From IMG/VR virus record IMGVR_UViG_3300021400_000397: a stretch of 64,000 bases of DNA; one strand, given 5' to 3'. This document shows, piece after piece, positions 9,329 to 19,082 of this stretch. Origin of the DNA: an uncultured virus (IMG/VR IMGVR_UViG_3300021400_000397). Taxonomy: Duplodnaviria; Heunggongvirae; Uroviricota; Caudoviricetes. A program made the translations under genes and the position numbers. Position 1 is the first letter of the stretch; the number at the start of each line of letters is the position of its first letter. The notes beneath the pieces are model-generated. The model did not search any database. It worked only from the letters and a program-made list of their open reading frames with translations, and was not told the origin of the DNA.

Positions 9329-9874
9329 ATGAAGATAGGTACGATCAAGGCAAAGGTCGCGGCGAAGGTCGCGAAGGCCAAGCTCCAGACCGCCGCGAAG
9401 GTGGCGAAGGCGAAGGCGAAGGTCACGGCGAAGACCAAGAAGTGCGCTGGCGGCAAGTGCAGTCCCTGCTCTGACGGAGACTGCTCCGACGGCTCGTGCT
9501 CCCCGTGTTCGGGCGGCAGGTGCAAGCCGTGCGCAGTCGCCCTCGCGCTGGCCCTCGCGGCGGCCCTGTGCGGATGCGGGACGACGACCCCCAGCCGCTC
9601 GCAGACCATCAACATCCGCGACTGCACCGTCAACGTCATCGGCTCGGGCGACAACGGCGCGACGAACGAGGTCCCACGCGTTGACATCATCTCGCAGGGA
9701 ATGCAGATCGAGACGAGCGGCACGGAGACGCAGACCGCCTCCCCGAGCTACACGACCGACGTCAAGCCGGACGTGGACCTCAACTACAACGACCCCGCAA
9801 AGGTCGCCGCGGACAGCGCAGGCGGAGCCGCGGAGAGCGCAGTCGAGCTGTACAAGGCGATCAAGGCCGAGTAG
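9329..9874 (+). CDS. Putative lipoprotein with Lys/Ala-rich and Cys-rich N-terminal extension
   Basis: RBS AAAGGA; hydrophobic stretch ending in the lipobox-like AAALCGC. Confidence 0.6.
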   Translation: MKIGTIKAKVAAKVAKAKLQTAAKVAKAKAKVTAKTKKCAGGKCSPCSDGDCSDGSCSPCSGGRCKPCAVALALALAAALCGCGTTTPSRSQTINIRDCTVNVIGSGDNGATNEVPRVDIISQGMQIETSGTETQTASPSYTTDVKPDVDLNYNDPAKVAADSAGGAAESAVELYKAIKAE

Positions 9875-9907
9875 CCCCGGCGACCCCGATCCTGTGGTGG
9901 AGGCAAG

Positions 9908-10624
9908 ATGAATAACATCACCCTGAGCAAGCGCACGGACTCGTTTGCGTGGTTTACGGAAGGACAGCGGCTGTTCACCGGGTCGACCTACGCGGTCGCC
10001 GTGGACGCCCCGGAGTTCCGCGGCGACACGGAATCCCCCGCCAGCTTCGCCGTAAAGTTCGGCGGCGAGGTGCAGGCCACGTGCGCGCTGGTCCCCGACC
10101 CGCTTCGGCGCGGCCTGCGCCGGGGGGTCATCACCGCCCCCGCCGGGGGCGACGGGGCCATCGTGGTCGAGCTCGCCGGAGACACGATCCTGATGGTCGA
10201 CGTCGCCGTGGTCGACCCGGCCGTTGCGCACACTCCGTCGCGGTGGACGGTCGTCGACCTCGGGACCGTGGCCTCCGGCGCCGTGTCGGTCGCGGACCTG
10301 ACGCAGGTGAAGCTCGCGGCCGCGCCCATGGACGACGTGCTCGGGGTGTCCCCCGCCGACCCGGCAGGGGCGTTCGACGCGTTCATCGTCGTGTCGGCCG
10401 CGGGGGCGCAGGCCACGAGGTTCCCGTTCTCCGGGGTTCTCGTCGACGGCCGCGCCCCGGTGTGGAGCCACCAGGATTCGCTTGTGATGCCGGCCCGCAC
10501 GTGGATCCTGCATATCATAAAGGTCGCCGGGGACTACTACGCCGACCTGCGCTCCGGGAGGCCGGCCGGCGCCGAGGTCGACCCCGACGGGGCCGTCGTG
10601 GTGAGCGCGGAGGTGAACACATGA
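9908..10624 (+). CDS. Hypothetical virion-associated protein (238 aa)
   Basis: RBS GGAGG; ATGA coupling to the collagen gene. Confidence 0.65.
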   Translation: MNNITLSKRTDSFAWFTEGQRLFTGSTYAVAVDAPEFRGDTESPASFAVKFGGEVQATCALVPDPLRRGLRRGVITAPAGGDGAIVVELAGDTILMVDVAVVDPAVAHTPSRWTVVDLGTVASGAVSVADLTQVKLAAAPMDDVLGVSPADPAGAFDAFIVVSAAGAQATRFPFSGVLVDGRAPVWSHQDSLVMPARTWILHIIKVAGDYYADLRSGRPAGAEVDPDGAVVVSAEVNT

Positions 10625-12000
10625 GCGAGCACGAGACAACTGCGACCCGCGCGTTCGTGCAGCGGCTTGTGGACGGACTGTCCAGGCTGCTGTCGACGCA
10701 CACGGAGGACGCGTCCGCCCACGTTTCCGCGGGCGACCGCGCCCGCTGGGACGCCGGCGTCCCCGGCGACAAGGGGGACAAGGGCGACAAGGGCGACAAA
10801 GGCGACAAGGGGGACCCCGGCGAGCGCGGCGACCCCGGGTCCCCCGGCGCCAAGGGGGACAAGGGCGACAAGGGGGACAAGGGCGACAAGGGCGACAAGG
10901 GCGACAAGGGCGACCCCCTTGTCTTCAGCGACCTCACCGAGGAGCAGCGCGAGTCCCTGAGGGGTGACAAGGGCGACCCCGGCGAGCCCGGCGAGCCCGG
11001 CCGCGACGGCACGGTGTCCTTCGACGAGCTCACCCCCGAGCAGCGCGCTTCCCTCCGCGGTGAAGACGGCGACAGCGTGTACATCGCGGAGTCGACGCTC
11101 ACGGACGAGCCGGGAGGGGTCTCCCTCGTGACGCTCCACGACGAGCGCACCGGCGAGGACGTCGTCATCCGCGTGCGCAACGGGTTCAACGGCGAGCCCG
11201 GCGAGCCCGGCCGTCCGCTTACGTGGGACGACCTCACCCCGGCGCAGAAGGAGTCGCTGAGGGGGCTCCCCGGGCGGGACGGGACGATGTCCTTCGACGA
11301 GCTCACCCCCGCGCAGCGGGAGTCGCTCCGGGGCCCCAGGGGCTACAAGGGGGACGACGGCGACCCGGGCAGGGACGGGGCCAGGTGGTTCGCCTCGCAG
11401 ACCGGGGTGTTCTCCGGCGACGAGACCCACCCGGGCCACCTCACGGAGACCGAGTTCAGCCCCGTGGCCGTGGCCGGGGACATGTGCCTCGTGGCCGGCC
11501 TCCACGTCGTCTTCGAGTGCCTTGCGGGGAGCGGGGAGGAGTACGACGGGGAGGTGCAGGACCAGCCGCTGTGGAGGTACATGCTGACGGTCGTCGGGGA
11601 GAAGGGCGACAAGGGCGACAAGGGAGACGACGGGGCCCCGGGGCCGATGTCGACGTTTGTCCCGGCTGACACGCTTTCCGGCATGGTCAACCAGTCGTCC
11701 GTATGGCTTGCCACCGGGGGCACCCTTGTGTTCCCGTGCCCCGAGGTGGCGGACGGTCAGCTCCTGGAATACGTGTTGTACGTGAGGGCGTCCACTGCGG
11801 TGACCGTCGATCGTGCGACGTCGTTCGCCAACTTGACCTCGGCGGGTTTCTACGTGCACTCGAACAACGAGAACCTCTTTGACCAGCTGCCCGCGGGGAC
11901 GGTCGCCGCTTTCACAGTGTCGCAGATGGGCAACAGCAACAGGGTGTCAGTCATGCGGGTGCTGTTCGGCGATATAATCGCCACGCCCGCCCAGAACTAG
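10621..12000 (+). CDS. Collagen-like tail fibre protein
   Basis: Start at ATG 10621 (ATGA overlap); (GDK)n and GEP Gly-X-Y repeats; four LT(P/E)xQ(R/K)xSLRG spacers typical of phage collagen fibres. Confidence 0.75.
   Translation: MSEHETTATRAFVQRLVDGLSRLLSTHTEDASAHVSAGDRARWDAGVPGDKGDKGDKGDKGDKGDPGERGDPGSPGAKGDKGDKGDKGDKGDKGDKGDPLVFSDLTEEQRESLRGDKGDPGEPGEPGRDGTVSFDELTPEQRASLRGEDGDSVYIAESTLTDEPGGVSLVTLHDERTGEDVVIRVRNGFNGEPGEPGRPLTWDDLTPAQKESLRGLPGRDGTMSFDELTPAQRESLRGPRGYKGDDGDPGRDGARWFASQTGVFSGDETHPGHLTETEFSPVAVAGDMCLVAGLHVVFECLAGSGEEYDGEVQDQPLWRYMLTVVGEKGDKGDKGDDGAPGPMSTFVPADTLSGMVNQSSVWLATGGTLVFPCPEVADGQLLEYVLYVRASTAVTVDRATSFANLTSAGFYVHSNNENLFDQLPAGTVAAFTVSQMGNSNRVSVMRVLFGDIIATPAQN
10765..10916 (+). 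repeat. 9-bp tandem repeats GG(C/G)GACAAG encoding (GDK)n collagen
   Basis: Directly visible in two blocks. Confidence 0.9.
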
Positions 12001-12009
12001 AGGTGCGCC

Positions 12010-12651
12010 ATGGGGCTGTCCATTGCAAATACCATGACGCCGTTTATGGGCCGGGGGGCCCCGATGACGGTCATAAAAGGGGGTTTTGCCCTGGGCTTGA
12101 CCCGGCGGGCGGAGGACTGGTTCACGCTGTATTTTGCCTCGGGCATCAGGTTGTCCGGGCTGGCCACGTCCTCCACCGGGTTCTACTACAAGGTCCTCGG
12201 GAGGGACGGGCTGGGGGACTACGTCTCCCCCACGGGGCTTACCAGCATCACCGCTCCGGCTACAGTCAGCGCGGGGCGTGACTACAATGGCTTTGTCCGC
12301 ATATCCTCCGCTCCGGGCACCGGTTATTACAATGGGTCCTCGGGGGACGGGATGAAAGCCGCGGAGGAGGCCGCCCACTCTGCGCGGGGGGACCTGGGCA
12401 CAGTCATCGCGCCCGAGGTTCGCATTGTGCTGTACGGGAGGCTGGACAGCCTGTCTGTGGGGCAGGTAGTGGCGGCGGGCGCGGCAGTCAACACGATAGC
12501 CACTGGTATATGGTCCAACAAGTACGAGCATCGCTGGCCTAGCGGTGCGATCAACGGCTGGTACGCGTCTGAAGTCCATGTCTTCGACAACCCGCAGCTG
12601 CGCGGGCATGTGTCTGTGGGGTCGTCCACCAAGTTGTTCTGGGACTGTTGA
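12010..12651 (+). CDS. Hypothetical protein (213 aa), lower GC3
   Basis: RBS GAGGTG; fills the gap between fibre and terminase genes. Confidence 0.6.
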   Translation: MGLSIANTMTPFMGRGAPMTVIKGGFALGLTRRAEDWFTLYFASGIRLSGLATSSTGFYYKVLGRDGLGDYVSPTGLTSITAPATVSAGRDYNGFVRISSAPGTGYYNGSSGDGMKAAEEAAHSARGDLGTVIAPEVRIVLYGRLDSLSVGQVVAAGAAVNTIATGIWSNKYEHRWPSGAINGWYASEVHVFDNPQLRGHVSVGSSTKLFWDC

Positions 12652-12652
12652 C

Positions 12653-14491
12653 ATGGACGCGGGGTACAAGAGGCGGCACGGAGTCGACTGGCCCGCGGGC
12701 ATGCACGACATCTTCATCGACCTCACGGTCGCGAAGAAGTGGCGCGAGTACAAGTCCGTGTACGGCATCGAGTTCCGGGACCCGTGGGTCCCGCTCATCG
12801 ACGCGGCGAAGGCGCTCATCCCCGAGCAGTACTTCAAGGTCCCGCCGTGGACCGAGGAGCACTTCCACGACTGGGTGATGGCGGAGAAGGGCTGCATAAC
12901 GTGGGGCTGCGGCAGCTGCGGCAAGTCCAACGACTACGGCCTCCTGATGCTGCTCGACTGGATCACCGACCCGTACGACACCGTGATCCGGCTCGGCTCC
13001 ACGGACAAGCAGTCGCTCAAGTCCCGCTCCTGGAACGCGGTCGTGACGTACTTCGCGGCCCTGAAGGCCTGGTCGAGGAAGAACGGGATCCCGATACCCG
13101 GGAAGTTCTCGAAGTCGGGGTACGCCATACTCAACGACGACGCGGACGACTCGCCCGAGGCGGTGGGTGAGAAGGCAGGGATCGTGGGGGTGGCGGTGAA
13201 CGACTCCGAGGACTCCGGCAAGCTGCAGGGCGCGCACACGAAGTACGTGCGCATCGTCATCGACGAGCTCGCGACCATCACGCACCACGAGAACATCCGC
13301 ACGGCGATGCAGAACCTCCGCATCGGTGCGAAGGACTTCAGGTTCTTCGCGCTCGCCAACCCGGAGTCGTGGGAGAACGAGTCCTGCCAGTACTGCATAC
13401 CGAAGGGCGGCATCGCCAGCGTCAACGTGAACACGGGCACCTGGACGTCCACGAGGGGGTTCCTCGTCAGGCACCACGACGGGCTGAAGTGCATCACGGT
13501 GACCAACCCTGAGACCGAGGCCGAGTTCCCGTTCCTCATCACCAAGGCCGTGATCGAGGACAATCTCTCCGACTGCGACGGGAACGAGGACGCGCCGCTC
13601 TTCTGGAAGATGGTGCGCGGGTTCCCGCCCCCGACGGGGGTGAACATACCCACGGTCCTGGACCCGGCGATCGCGAAGGAGCAGCGCATCATGGACCCGG
13701 CGCCCAACGCCCCGGTCGTGGCCGTCGGGGCGGGCATCGACCCCGCGTGGTCCGAGGGCGGCGACGGCGCGTGCTATTCCAAGGTGCTCGTGCGCCAGCC
13801 GGCGGCGGGCAGCCCCATCCTCGACTTCTCGCAGTTCCACAAGCTGGCGATCAAGGCGTCGGACCCGCGGCCCGTGACGCAGCAGCTCCTCGACCAGGTG
13901 CGCGTCCTGTCGTCCGACCCCGGCGGGTACCCGGCCCCGCTGTTCGCCACGGCCGTCGACGCATCCGCGAACCAGGGGCTCGCCGACGACATCGACATCT
14001 ACATCGGGCAGGGCACGGCGTGCGTGCTGCACGTCAACAACTCGCAGCGCGCGTCCGAGCTCCCCATCCGCGCCAACACCGACGTCAAGGGGCACGAGGA
14101 GTACGGCGACAGGGCCGCCGAGGCGTGGTGCACCCTCGCCGCCTTCTGCAAGGCCGGGATGGTGCGCGGGCTCCCCCGGGCCGCCGTGGAGGCGCTCGTC
14201 AAGCGCAGGTACCTGACGCCGAAGAACTCGATGACGCCGAGGAAGCCGCTGAAGCTCGAGCCGAAGGAGGACTTCAAGAAGCGCGTGTTCAAGCGCTCGC
14301 CCGACGAGGCGGACGCGTGCGCGCTCGGGGCGCTGGCCGTGAAGGAGAGGCTGGGCATCCTGCCCTACGGATGGGTTCCGGTGGCGAAGCCCCTGTACGA
14401 CCAGGGCCCCACCCAGGCGCAGGCGTCGCTCCCCCCGTCCGCCGTCATAGCCGAAGGAGACGGCCAGGACGGGATAGACGTGCTCGATTGA
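12653..14491 (+). CDS. terL: Terminase large subunit
   Basis: Walker A GCGSCGKS, Walker B IVIDE, coupling motif ANP, nuclease GIDPA and C-terminal SPDEADA. Confidence 0.9.
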   Translation: MDAGYKRRHGVDWPAGMHDIFIDLTVAKKWREYKSVYGIEFRDPWVPLIDAAKALIPEQYFKVPPWTEEHFHDWVMAEKGCITWGCGSCGKSNDYGLLMLLDWITDPYDTVIRLGSTDKQSLKSRSWNAVVTYFAALKAWSRKNGIPIPGKFSKSGYAILNDDADDSPEAVGEKAGIVGVAVNDSEDSGKLQGAHTKYVRIVIDELATITHHENIRTAMQNLRIGAKDFRFFALANPESWENESCQYCIPKGGIASVNVNTGTWTSTRGFLVRHHDGLKCITVTNPETEAEFPFLITKAVIEDNLSDCDGNEDAPLFWKMVRGFPPPTGVNIPTVLDPAIAKEQRIMDPAPNAPVVAVGAGIDPAWSEGGDGACYSKVLVRQPAAGSPILDFSQFHKLAIKASDPRPVTQQLLDQVRVLSSDPGGYPAPLFATAVDASANQGLADDIDIYIGQGTACVLHVNNSQRASELPIRANTDVKGHEEYGDRAAEAWCTLAAFCKAGMVRGLPRAAVEALVKRRYLTPKNSMTPRKPLKLEPKEDFKKRVFKRSPDEADACALGALAVKERLGILPYGWVPVAKPLYDQGPTQAQASLPPSAVIAEGDGQDGIDVLD

Positions 14492-14517
14492 CGCGGAAGC
14501 GGCTGTTTTGGTATAAT
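14488..14517 (+). promoter_or_regulatory. sigma70-like promoter for the head operon
   Basis: TTGACG-18 nt-TATAAT with TG extended -10. Confidence 0.75.
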
Positions 14518-14545
14518 GTCGGAGGTATTGCAGGAGGAGGACCCA

Positions 14546-15133
14546 ATGACCAACAAGGTGACAGTTCCGCGGGCGCTCGGAATCAAGTGCGCCTACACGG
14601 GCAGCATCGTCGACATCTATCTCACGGTGGCCGGCGGCCATGTGCTTTACAGCTGTCCGAAGGCCTTTACGCTCGCGGAGCCCGTGGGCACGCTGCAGGA
14701 GCTGCAGGACCGGGCTTCGATGCGCAACGGCGTGGCGGGCGCGGCCCGCACCGGAGACCCGGTGGACGCGTATACCGGGAAGCCCCTGCGGCTGCGCGCC
14801 TATCCGGACGGCCGGTTCTCGTACGCCGGCGGCTTCAACCCACGCCGCGCGTTTACGGACCTGGACGAGCTCCTCTACTACCTTACGATGCGCAACGGCG
14901 TGGCGTCGCGCGCCAAGCCGGCGCCGAAGCCCGCGGTCGCGGCGGCCAAGGCGGACACCGCCGCGAGGCCGGACGCGCGGACGACCCCGTCGGATGCCAC
15001 GCTCGAGGAGATGGAGCGGGTCGCGGCCGGCCACATGCAGCGCGGCACCGTGGTGTCGATGGCCCCCTCCGCGCGGAAGCCCCCGGCGCCGAGGGGCCCG
15101 GCGAACAGGCATGCGCGGACGGGAGGGAAGTGA
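14546..15133 (+). CDS. Hypothetical protein with duplicated MRNGVA motif
   Basis: RBS GGAGGAGG before ATG 14546; the ATG at 14516 lies inside the -10 box. Confidence 0.7.
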   Translation: MTNKVTVPRALGIKCAYTGSIVDIYLTVAGGHVLYSCPKAFTLAEPVGTLQELQDRASMRNGVAGAARTGDPVDAYTGKPLRLRAYPDGRFSYAGGFNPRRAFTDLDELLYYLTMRNGVASRAKPAPKPAVAAAKADTAARPDARTTPSDATLEEMERVAAGHMQRGTVVSMAPSARKPPAPRGPANRHARTGGK

Positions 15134-15134
15134 C

Positions 15135-15704
15135 GTGAGCAGGCAGAAGCCCAGGTTCCGCGACTCCAACCCCTATGCCGTCCCGCCGGGCGGGGTCTGG
15201 TTCTTCCAGGTGGGGGACGACCGCGTGGCCACCCCTTCGTACGAACACGCCCTGCGGCAGGTGGCCGCGGTCCTGGCGAAGCACGGCATGGACGACCTGA
15301 ACCCCGTCGACGAGCTGGCCAAGTTCATGTGCCCCCACATGCCCGCGTGGTTCTGCGTCGGGTCCGACGAGCACTCGCCGGTCATCACGGGCAGGGCTGC
15401 GGCGGAGAAGGCGCTGCCTTTCTTTAGGAAGCCCCTCGTCACGTCCGACGTCATCACCAGGCGGATGGAGAGATGCCAGGCCTGCCCGAAGCACCGGCGC
15501 GACTTCTGCCTGCACTGCACGGGCTACGACACGTGGATTATCGACAATTTCGGCGGCAGGCGCCCGAAGCTTCCCGTAGACGAGGCTTCCGGGTGCTGCA
15601 GCTGCGCCGGGACGATGGAGGCGGTGATCGCCTCCGTGGACTACGCAAAGGACGAACCGGGGTTTGAGGGAGCCCCCGACACATGCTGGAGGAACGACAG
15701 ATGA
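15135..15704 (+). CDS. Cys-rich (putative Zn-binding) protein between terminase and portal
   Basis: GTG start after GGAGG; CQACPKH, CLHC, CCSC and C-terminal CW. Confidence 0.65.
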   Translation: MSRQKPRFRDSNPYAVPPGGVWFFQVGDDRVATPSYEHALRQVAAVLAKHGMDDLNPVDELAKFMCPHMPAWFCVGSDEHSPVITGRAAAEKALPFFRKPLVTSDVITRRMERCQACPKHRRDFCLHCTGYDTWIIDNFGGRRPKLPVDEASGCCSCAGTMEAVIASVDYAKDEPGFEGAPDTCWRNDR

Positions 15705-18385
15705 CTGGCATAAAGGGCTTCCACACCACGGCAGGCGAACGCACGGCGAAGCCGGCGAAGCGCAGGTTCACCGACCCGCAGGCGGTGTACGACGTGTACG
15801 ACGAGTTCCGCACGGACGACATGGACGACGCGAGGCGGCGCACGAAGATAAAGATCGCGTACGAGGGAGGGCTCCCGTACTCCCAGGACCAGCTGAAGGC
15901 CAAGGGCCTCGCCCACATGACCAACCTCTCGTTCAACGCGCTGAAGAACACGATCGACGCGCGCTGCGAGTCCATCACGAAGCTGACCGCCGACACGTGC
16001 AGCCTCGTCACGGTGGCGCCGAAGCGCAACGGCGAGGCCGGACCGGACGACGCCCGGGTCGGCGCGATCCTCGCGGAGGCGTTCTCGGACGCCATCCGCA
16101 AGGACGGCCACACCATCGCGGCGCTTGCGACGGCCCGCCGCGAGGTGGACCTGTACGGCATCGGCCCGGTTACGTGGCCCAACGACGAGGCCTTCTACCC
16201 GCTGGCGCTGGAGCGCGGGCAGCTGAAGTTCCGGGGCGACGGCCCGTCTGTGTCGTCCGACCACGAGATATTCATGTTCGAGTCGGAGCTCCCCGCGGAG
16301 TACGTGTTCATGCTCCTCGACAACGAGGGCATAGCGGAGGACGCCGGGTGGGACGTCTCGTCGCTGAAGCGGCTGGTCGTGGAGGTGTTCGGCAGGCACA
16401 TCGACAAGGACCACGACTCGTCCTCCGAGAACGGGCTCTCCCCGGACGAGACGTTCCTCACGTACATGAAGATGAACTCGTTCTACGAACGCCACCAGTT
16501 CGACAAGTTCAGCGTGCTCCACGTGTACTGCCGCGAGGTCAGCGCCCCGCGCAAGGTGTCGCACATAATCGTCCCGGGGTCCGACTCCGCGACGAAGTCG
16601 TTCCTGTTCTACAAGGAGAACGCCTACGACACGATGGACCAGTGCATGATGTGGCTGTCCGCGTCCACCAGCGAGCGCTACGCCAGGTCCGTGCGCGGGC
16701 TCGCCACCTACCTCGTCCCGGTCGAGCGGGTCGCCGACCGCATGACCTGCTCCATCATCGACGCCACGTTCCGCGCCGCGCGGCTCACGCTGCAGCAGAC
16801 CGCGCCCGGGGTGCAGCCCGCGGTGTCCCTCTCCGAGAACGGCAACACGGCCATCGTGGCCGCCGGCCTCGAGCCCGTCCCGAACACCGCGGCGGCGGGG
16901 ACGCTCCAGGCGCTGACCCAGGCCCGCCAGTTCATCGCGCAGCTCGGCACGGCCTCCGTGGCCGGCACCGACAACGCCCCGCTGTCCACCGGCGTGAAGG
17001 TGCAGGAGGGCGGTGTGCAGATGTCGAAGGCGGAGGCCGAGATCCAGGAGCGCCGCCGCACCCTCCGCGACGAGAACCTGTTCAACAGCTGCGTCATCGT
17101 CCACGACAAGATATTCCGCGAGATATTCCGCAGGTTCATGAACCTCGTGAACGGCCCCAAGCCGCTCCGCGACGAGTACCCCGTCGTCGGCGAGTTCATC
17201 GAGTACTGCGCGGACAAGGGCATAACCCCGGAGATGCTGAAGGAGGTGCCGGACCGCTTCACGGTGGAGATGTGCCGCGACCTCGCCCTCGGCGCGGACG
17301 GCATGTACCAGCTCCTCTCCGCGACGCTGCAGACCACGGCCGGCAACCTGGACGAGTCCGGCCGCCGGGCCGTGGTGCACGACATGTACCGGCTCAAGTT
17401 CGGCCGCGCCGCCGCCGACCGGTACTGCCCGCTCGTGTCCCGCGACCAGTCCCCCTCGGACCAGGCGTCCTTCGCGACGCTGGAGAACTCCTTCATCAGG
17501 GAGCTCAAGCCAGTGATGGTCGGCCCGGAGCAGTGGCACTGGTCGCACATCCCGGTGCACGCCCAGGTGCTGCAGGAGGTCCAGCAGGCCGTCCAGCAGG
17601 GCCTCGCCGAGGCGCAGAGCATGGCCGAGCAGGGCGGCGACGTCCAGCAGTCCCCCGACGGCGAGCTCGCCCCGCAGGTCGAGGAGCCCGAGCGCCTCGC
17701 GCAGGTCCTCGAGGCCGCGTCCGCCCACATCCAGGAGCACCTGCAGTTCGGCCAGACGCAGCTCGGCATGAAGGACGCCGCGCAGCAGGTCAGGGACATG
17801 CTCAAGGGGCTGGCCCCGACGACCAAGGCCCTCAACCTCGCGATCGCCACGCAGCGCCGCGTGCGCGAGGCGGAGCAGGAGCGCCAGCAGCGCGAGATGG
17901 AGGCCCTGCAGAAGCAGGCGTCCGAGGCCGAGATGCAGAAGGCGCTGGCGAAGGTCCAGGCCGACAAGGAGGTCGGGCTCGCCAAGGTCCAGGCCGACAA
18001 GGAGGTCGGGCTCGCCAAGGTCCAGGTGGACCGCGAGCTGTCCGCGGGCAAGCTGCAGATCGAGCGCGAGGGCGCGATGGGCCGGCTCGGCGTCGAGACG
18101 GAGGCCGCGAGGGCGCGCGCCGCGAACGAGGCCGCCGCCACCCGCGCCGGGATCGAGAACAGGCGCGCCGAGTCCGAGGCGGGCATCGAGGCCGCCCGCC
18201 GCACCCAGGAGACCAGGGACGAGCTCGCCCGGCTGCAGAGCAGCGGGCAGCAGGCCGCGCGCCTCCTCGAGAACTACGACAGGCTTAGCAACGTGACCGG
18301 CAGGAATCTGACGCCCCCGTCGGCCATCACCGCGCAGGCGCCAGGAAACATACAGGAGCCCCCGTCGGACATGATCCCGATGTAG
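15701..18385 (+). CDS. Probable portal protein with long Gln/Ala-rich coiled-coil C-terminus
   Basis: About 890 aa, located after terL and before scaffold/capsid; helical barrel-like C-terminus as in podovirus portals; 33-bp repeat at about 17951-18025. Confidence 0.65.
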   Translation: MTGIKGFHTTAGERTAKPAKRRFTDPQAVYDVYDEFRTDDMDDARRRTKIKIAYEGGLPYSQDQLKAKGLAHMTNLSFNALKNTIDARCESITKLTADTCSLVTVAPKRNGEAGPDDARVGAILAEAFSDAIRKDGHTIAALATARREVDLYGIGPVTWPNDEAFYPLALERGQLKFRGDGPSVSSDHEIFMFESELPAEYVFMLLDNEGIAEDAGWDVSSLKRLVVEVFGRHIDKDHDSSSENGLSPDETFLTYMKMNSFYERHQFDKFSVLHVYCREVSAPRKVSHIIVPGSDSATKSFLFYKENAYDTMDQCMMWLSASTSERYARSVRGLATYLVPVERVADRMTCSIIDATFRAARLTLQQTAPGVQPAVSLSENGNTAIVAAGLEPVPNTAAAGTLQALTQARQFIAQLGTASVAGTDNAPLSTGVKVQEGGVQMSKAEAEIQERRRTLRDENLFNSCVIVHDKIFREIFRRFMNLVNGPKPLRDEYPVVGEFIEYCADKGITPEMLKEVPDRFTVEMCRDLALGADGMYQLLSATLQTTAGNLDESGRRAVVHDMYRLKFGRAAADRYCPLVSRDQSPSDQASFATLENSFIRELKPVMVGPEQWHWSHIPVHAQVLQEVQQAVQQGLAEAQSMAEQGGDVQQSPDGELAPQVEEPERLAQVLEAASAHIQEHLQFGQTQLGMKDAAQQVRDMLKGLAPTTKALNLAIATQRRVREAEQERQQREMEALQKQASEAEMQKALAKVQADKEVGLAKVQADKEVGLAKVQVDRELSAGKLQIEREGAMGRLGVETEAARARAANEAAATRAGIENRRAESEAGIEAARRTQETRDELARLQSSGQQAARLLENYDRLSNVTGRNLTPPSAITAQAPGNIQEPPSDMIPM

Positions 18386-18408
18386 GCCCGTGCAGGAGGG
18401 ACCCAGAA

Positions 18409-18690
18409 ATGGAAGACACCAAGAAGAACGACAAGAAGAACGACAAGATGGAGCCCGAGGAGGCCTCCAGGATCCGCATCCTCGTCAGCGAGGACATCCG
18501 CAAGTACGAGCTCGAGATCGCCCGCCACGAGGCCGCGATCAGCACGCTCCGCGTCTACATCGCGGAATGCCGCGCGACCATCTCCGACATCGACCGCCGC
18601 GAGGCCGGCGTCGAGTACCCGGAGGCGCCCGCGGCCAAGGAGCCCGCCAAGCCCGCGATGGGCGAGCCGGTCGGCGGAGAGGGGAAATGA
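18409..18690 (+). CDS. Hypothetical coiled-coil protein (93 aa)
   Basis: RBS AGGAGG. Confidence 0.65.
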   Translation: MEDTKKNDKKNDKMEPEEASRIRILVSEDIRKYELEIARHEAAISTLRVYIAECRATISDIDRREAGVEYPEAPAAKEPAKPAMGEPVGGEGK

Positions 18691-19070
18691 GCAGGCTCAC
18701 GCCCGAGCAGGTGCGCGTCCGCTCCCATGCGGACGCGTCCGCCTACCCGGCCATAGCCGAGCTCCGCGCCCTGCTTACGTCGGGCGCGGACAGCGAGGCC
18801 GGGTTCTGGGCGTGGCTTGCCGATCCGTATACCCAGCGGATGACCCGCGCGCTCGAGGAGCTCGCCGACAACCCGCCCCCGTATCCCGCGGACACGAAGG
18901 ACTCGCTCCTCGTGCAGTACGGCATTACCACCGGGCTGCAGCTCGCGGTGAAACTGCTCACGAACCCGCGACGGGTGTACCCCGAGGTCTTCAGGGACCC
19001 CGGAAACAAGAACGACGAGCCGCTGCAGTCGTACACCGAGACCGCAGACCAGGTGCTCGACAGAATGTAA
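18687..19070 (+). CDS. Hypothetical protein (127 aa)
   Basis: ATGA overlap with the upstream stop; RBS GGAGAGG. Confidence 0.65.
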   Translation: MSRLTPEQVRVRSHADASAYPAIAELRALLTSGADSEAGFWAWLADPYTQRMTRALEELADNPPPYPADTKDSLLVQYGITTGLQLAVKLLTNPRRVYPEVFRDPGNKNDEPLQSYTETADQVLDRM

Positions 19071-19082
19071 GGAGGGAACCAG

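Noticed and set aside
9949..10620. Upstream extension of the collagen ORF (683-aa call) suggesting a frameshift fusion
   Set aside because: The extension overlaps the 9908-10624 gene in a shadow frame; ATG 10621 has an RBS and ATGA coupling, and no slippery site was seen.
4476..12651. Diversity-generating retroelement or invertible fibre cassette
   Set aside because: No reverse transcriptase or recombinase, and no TR/VR pair differing only at adenines was seen in the window.
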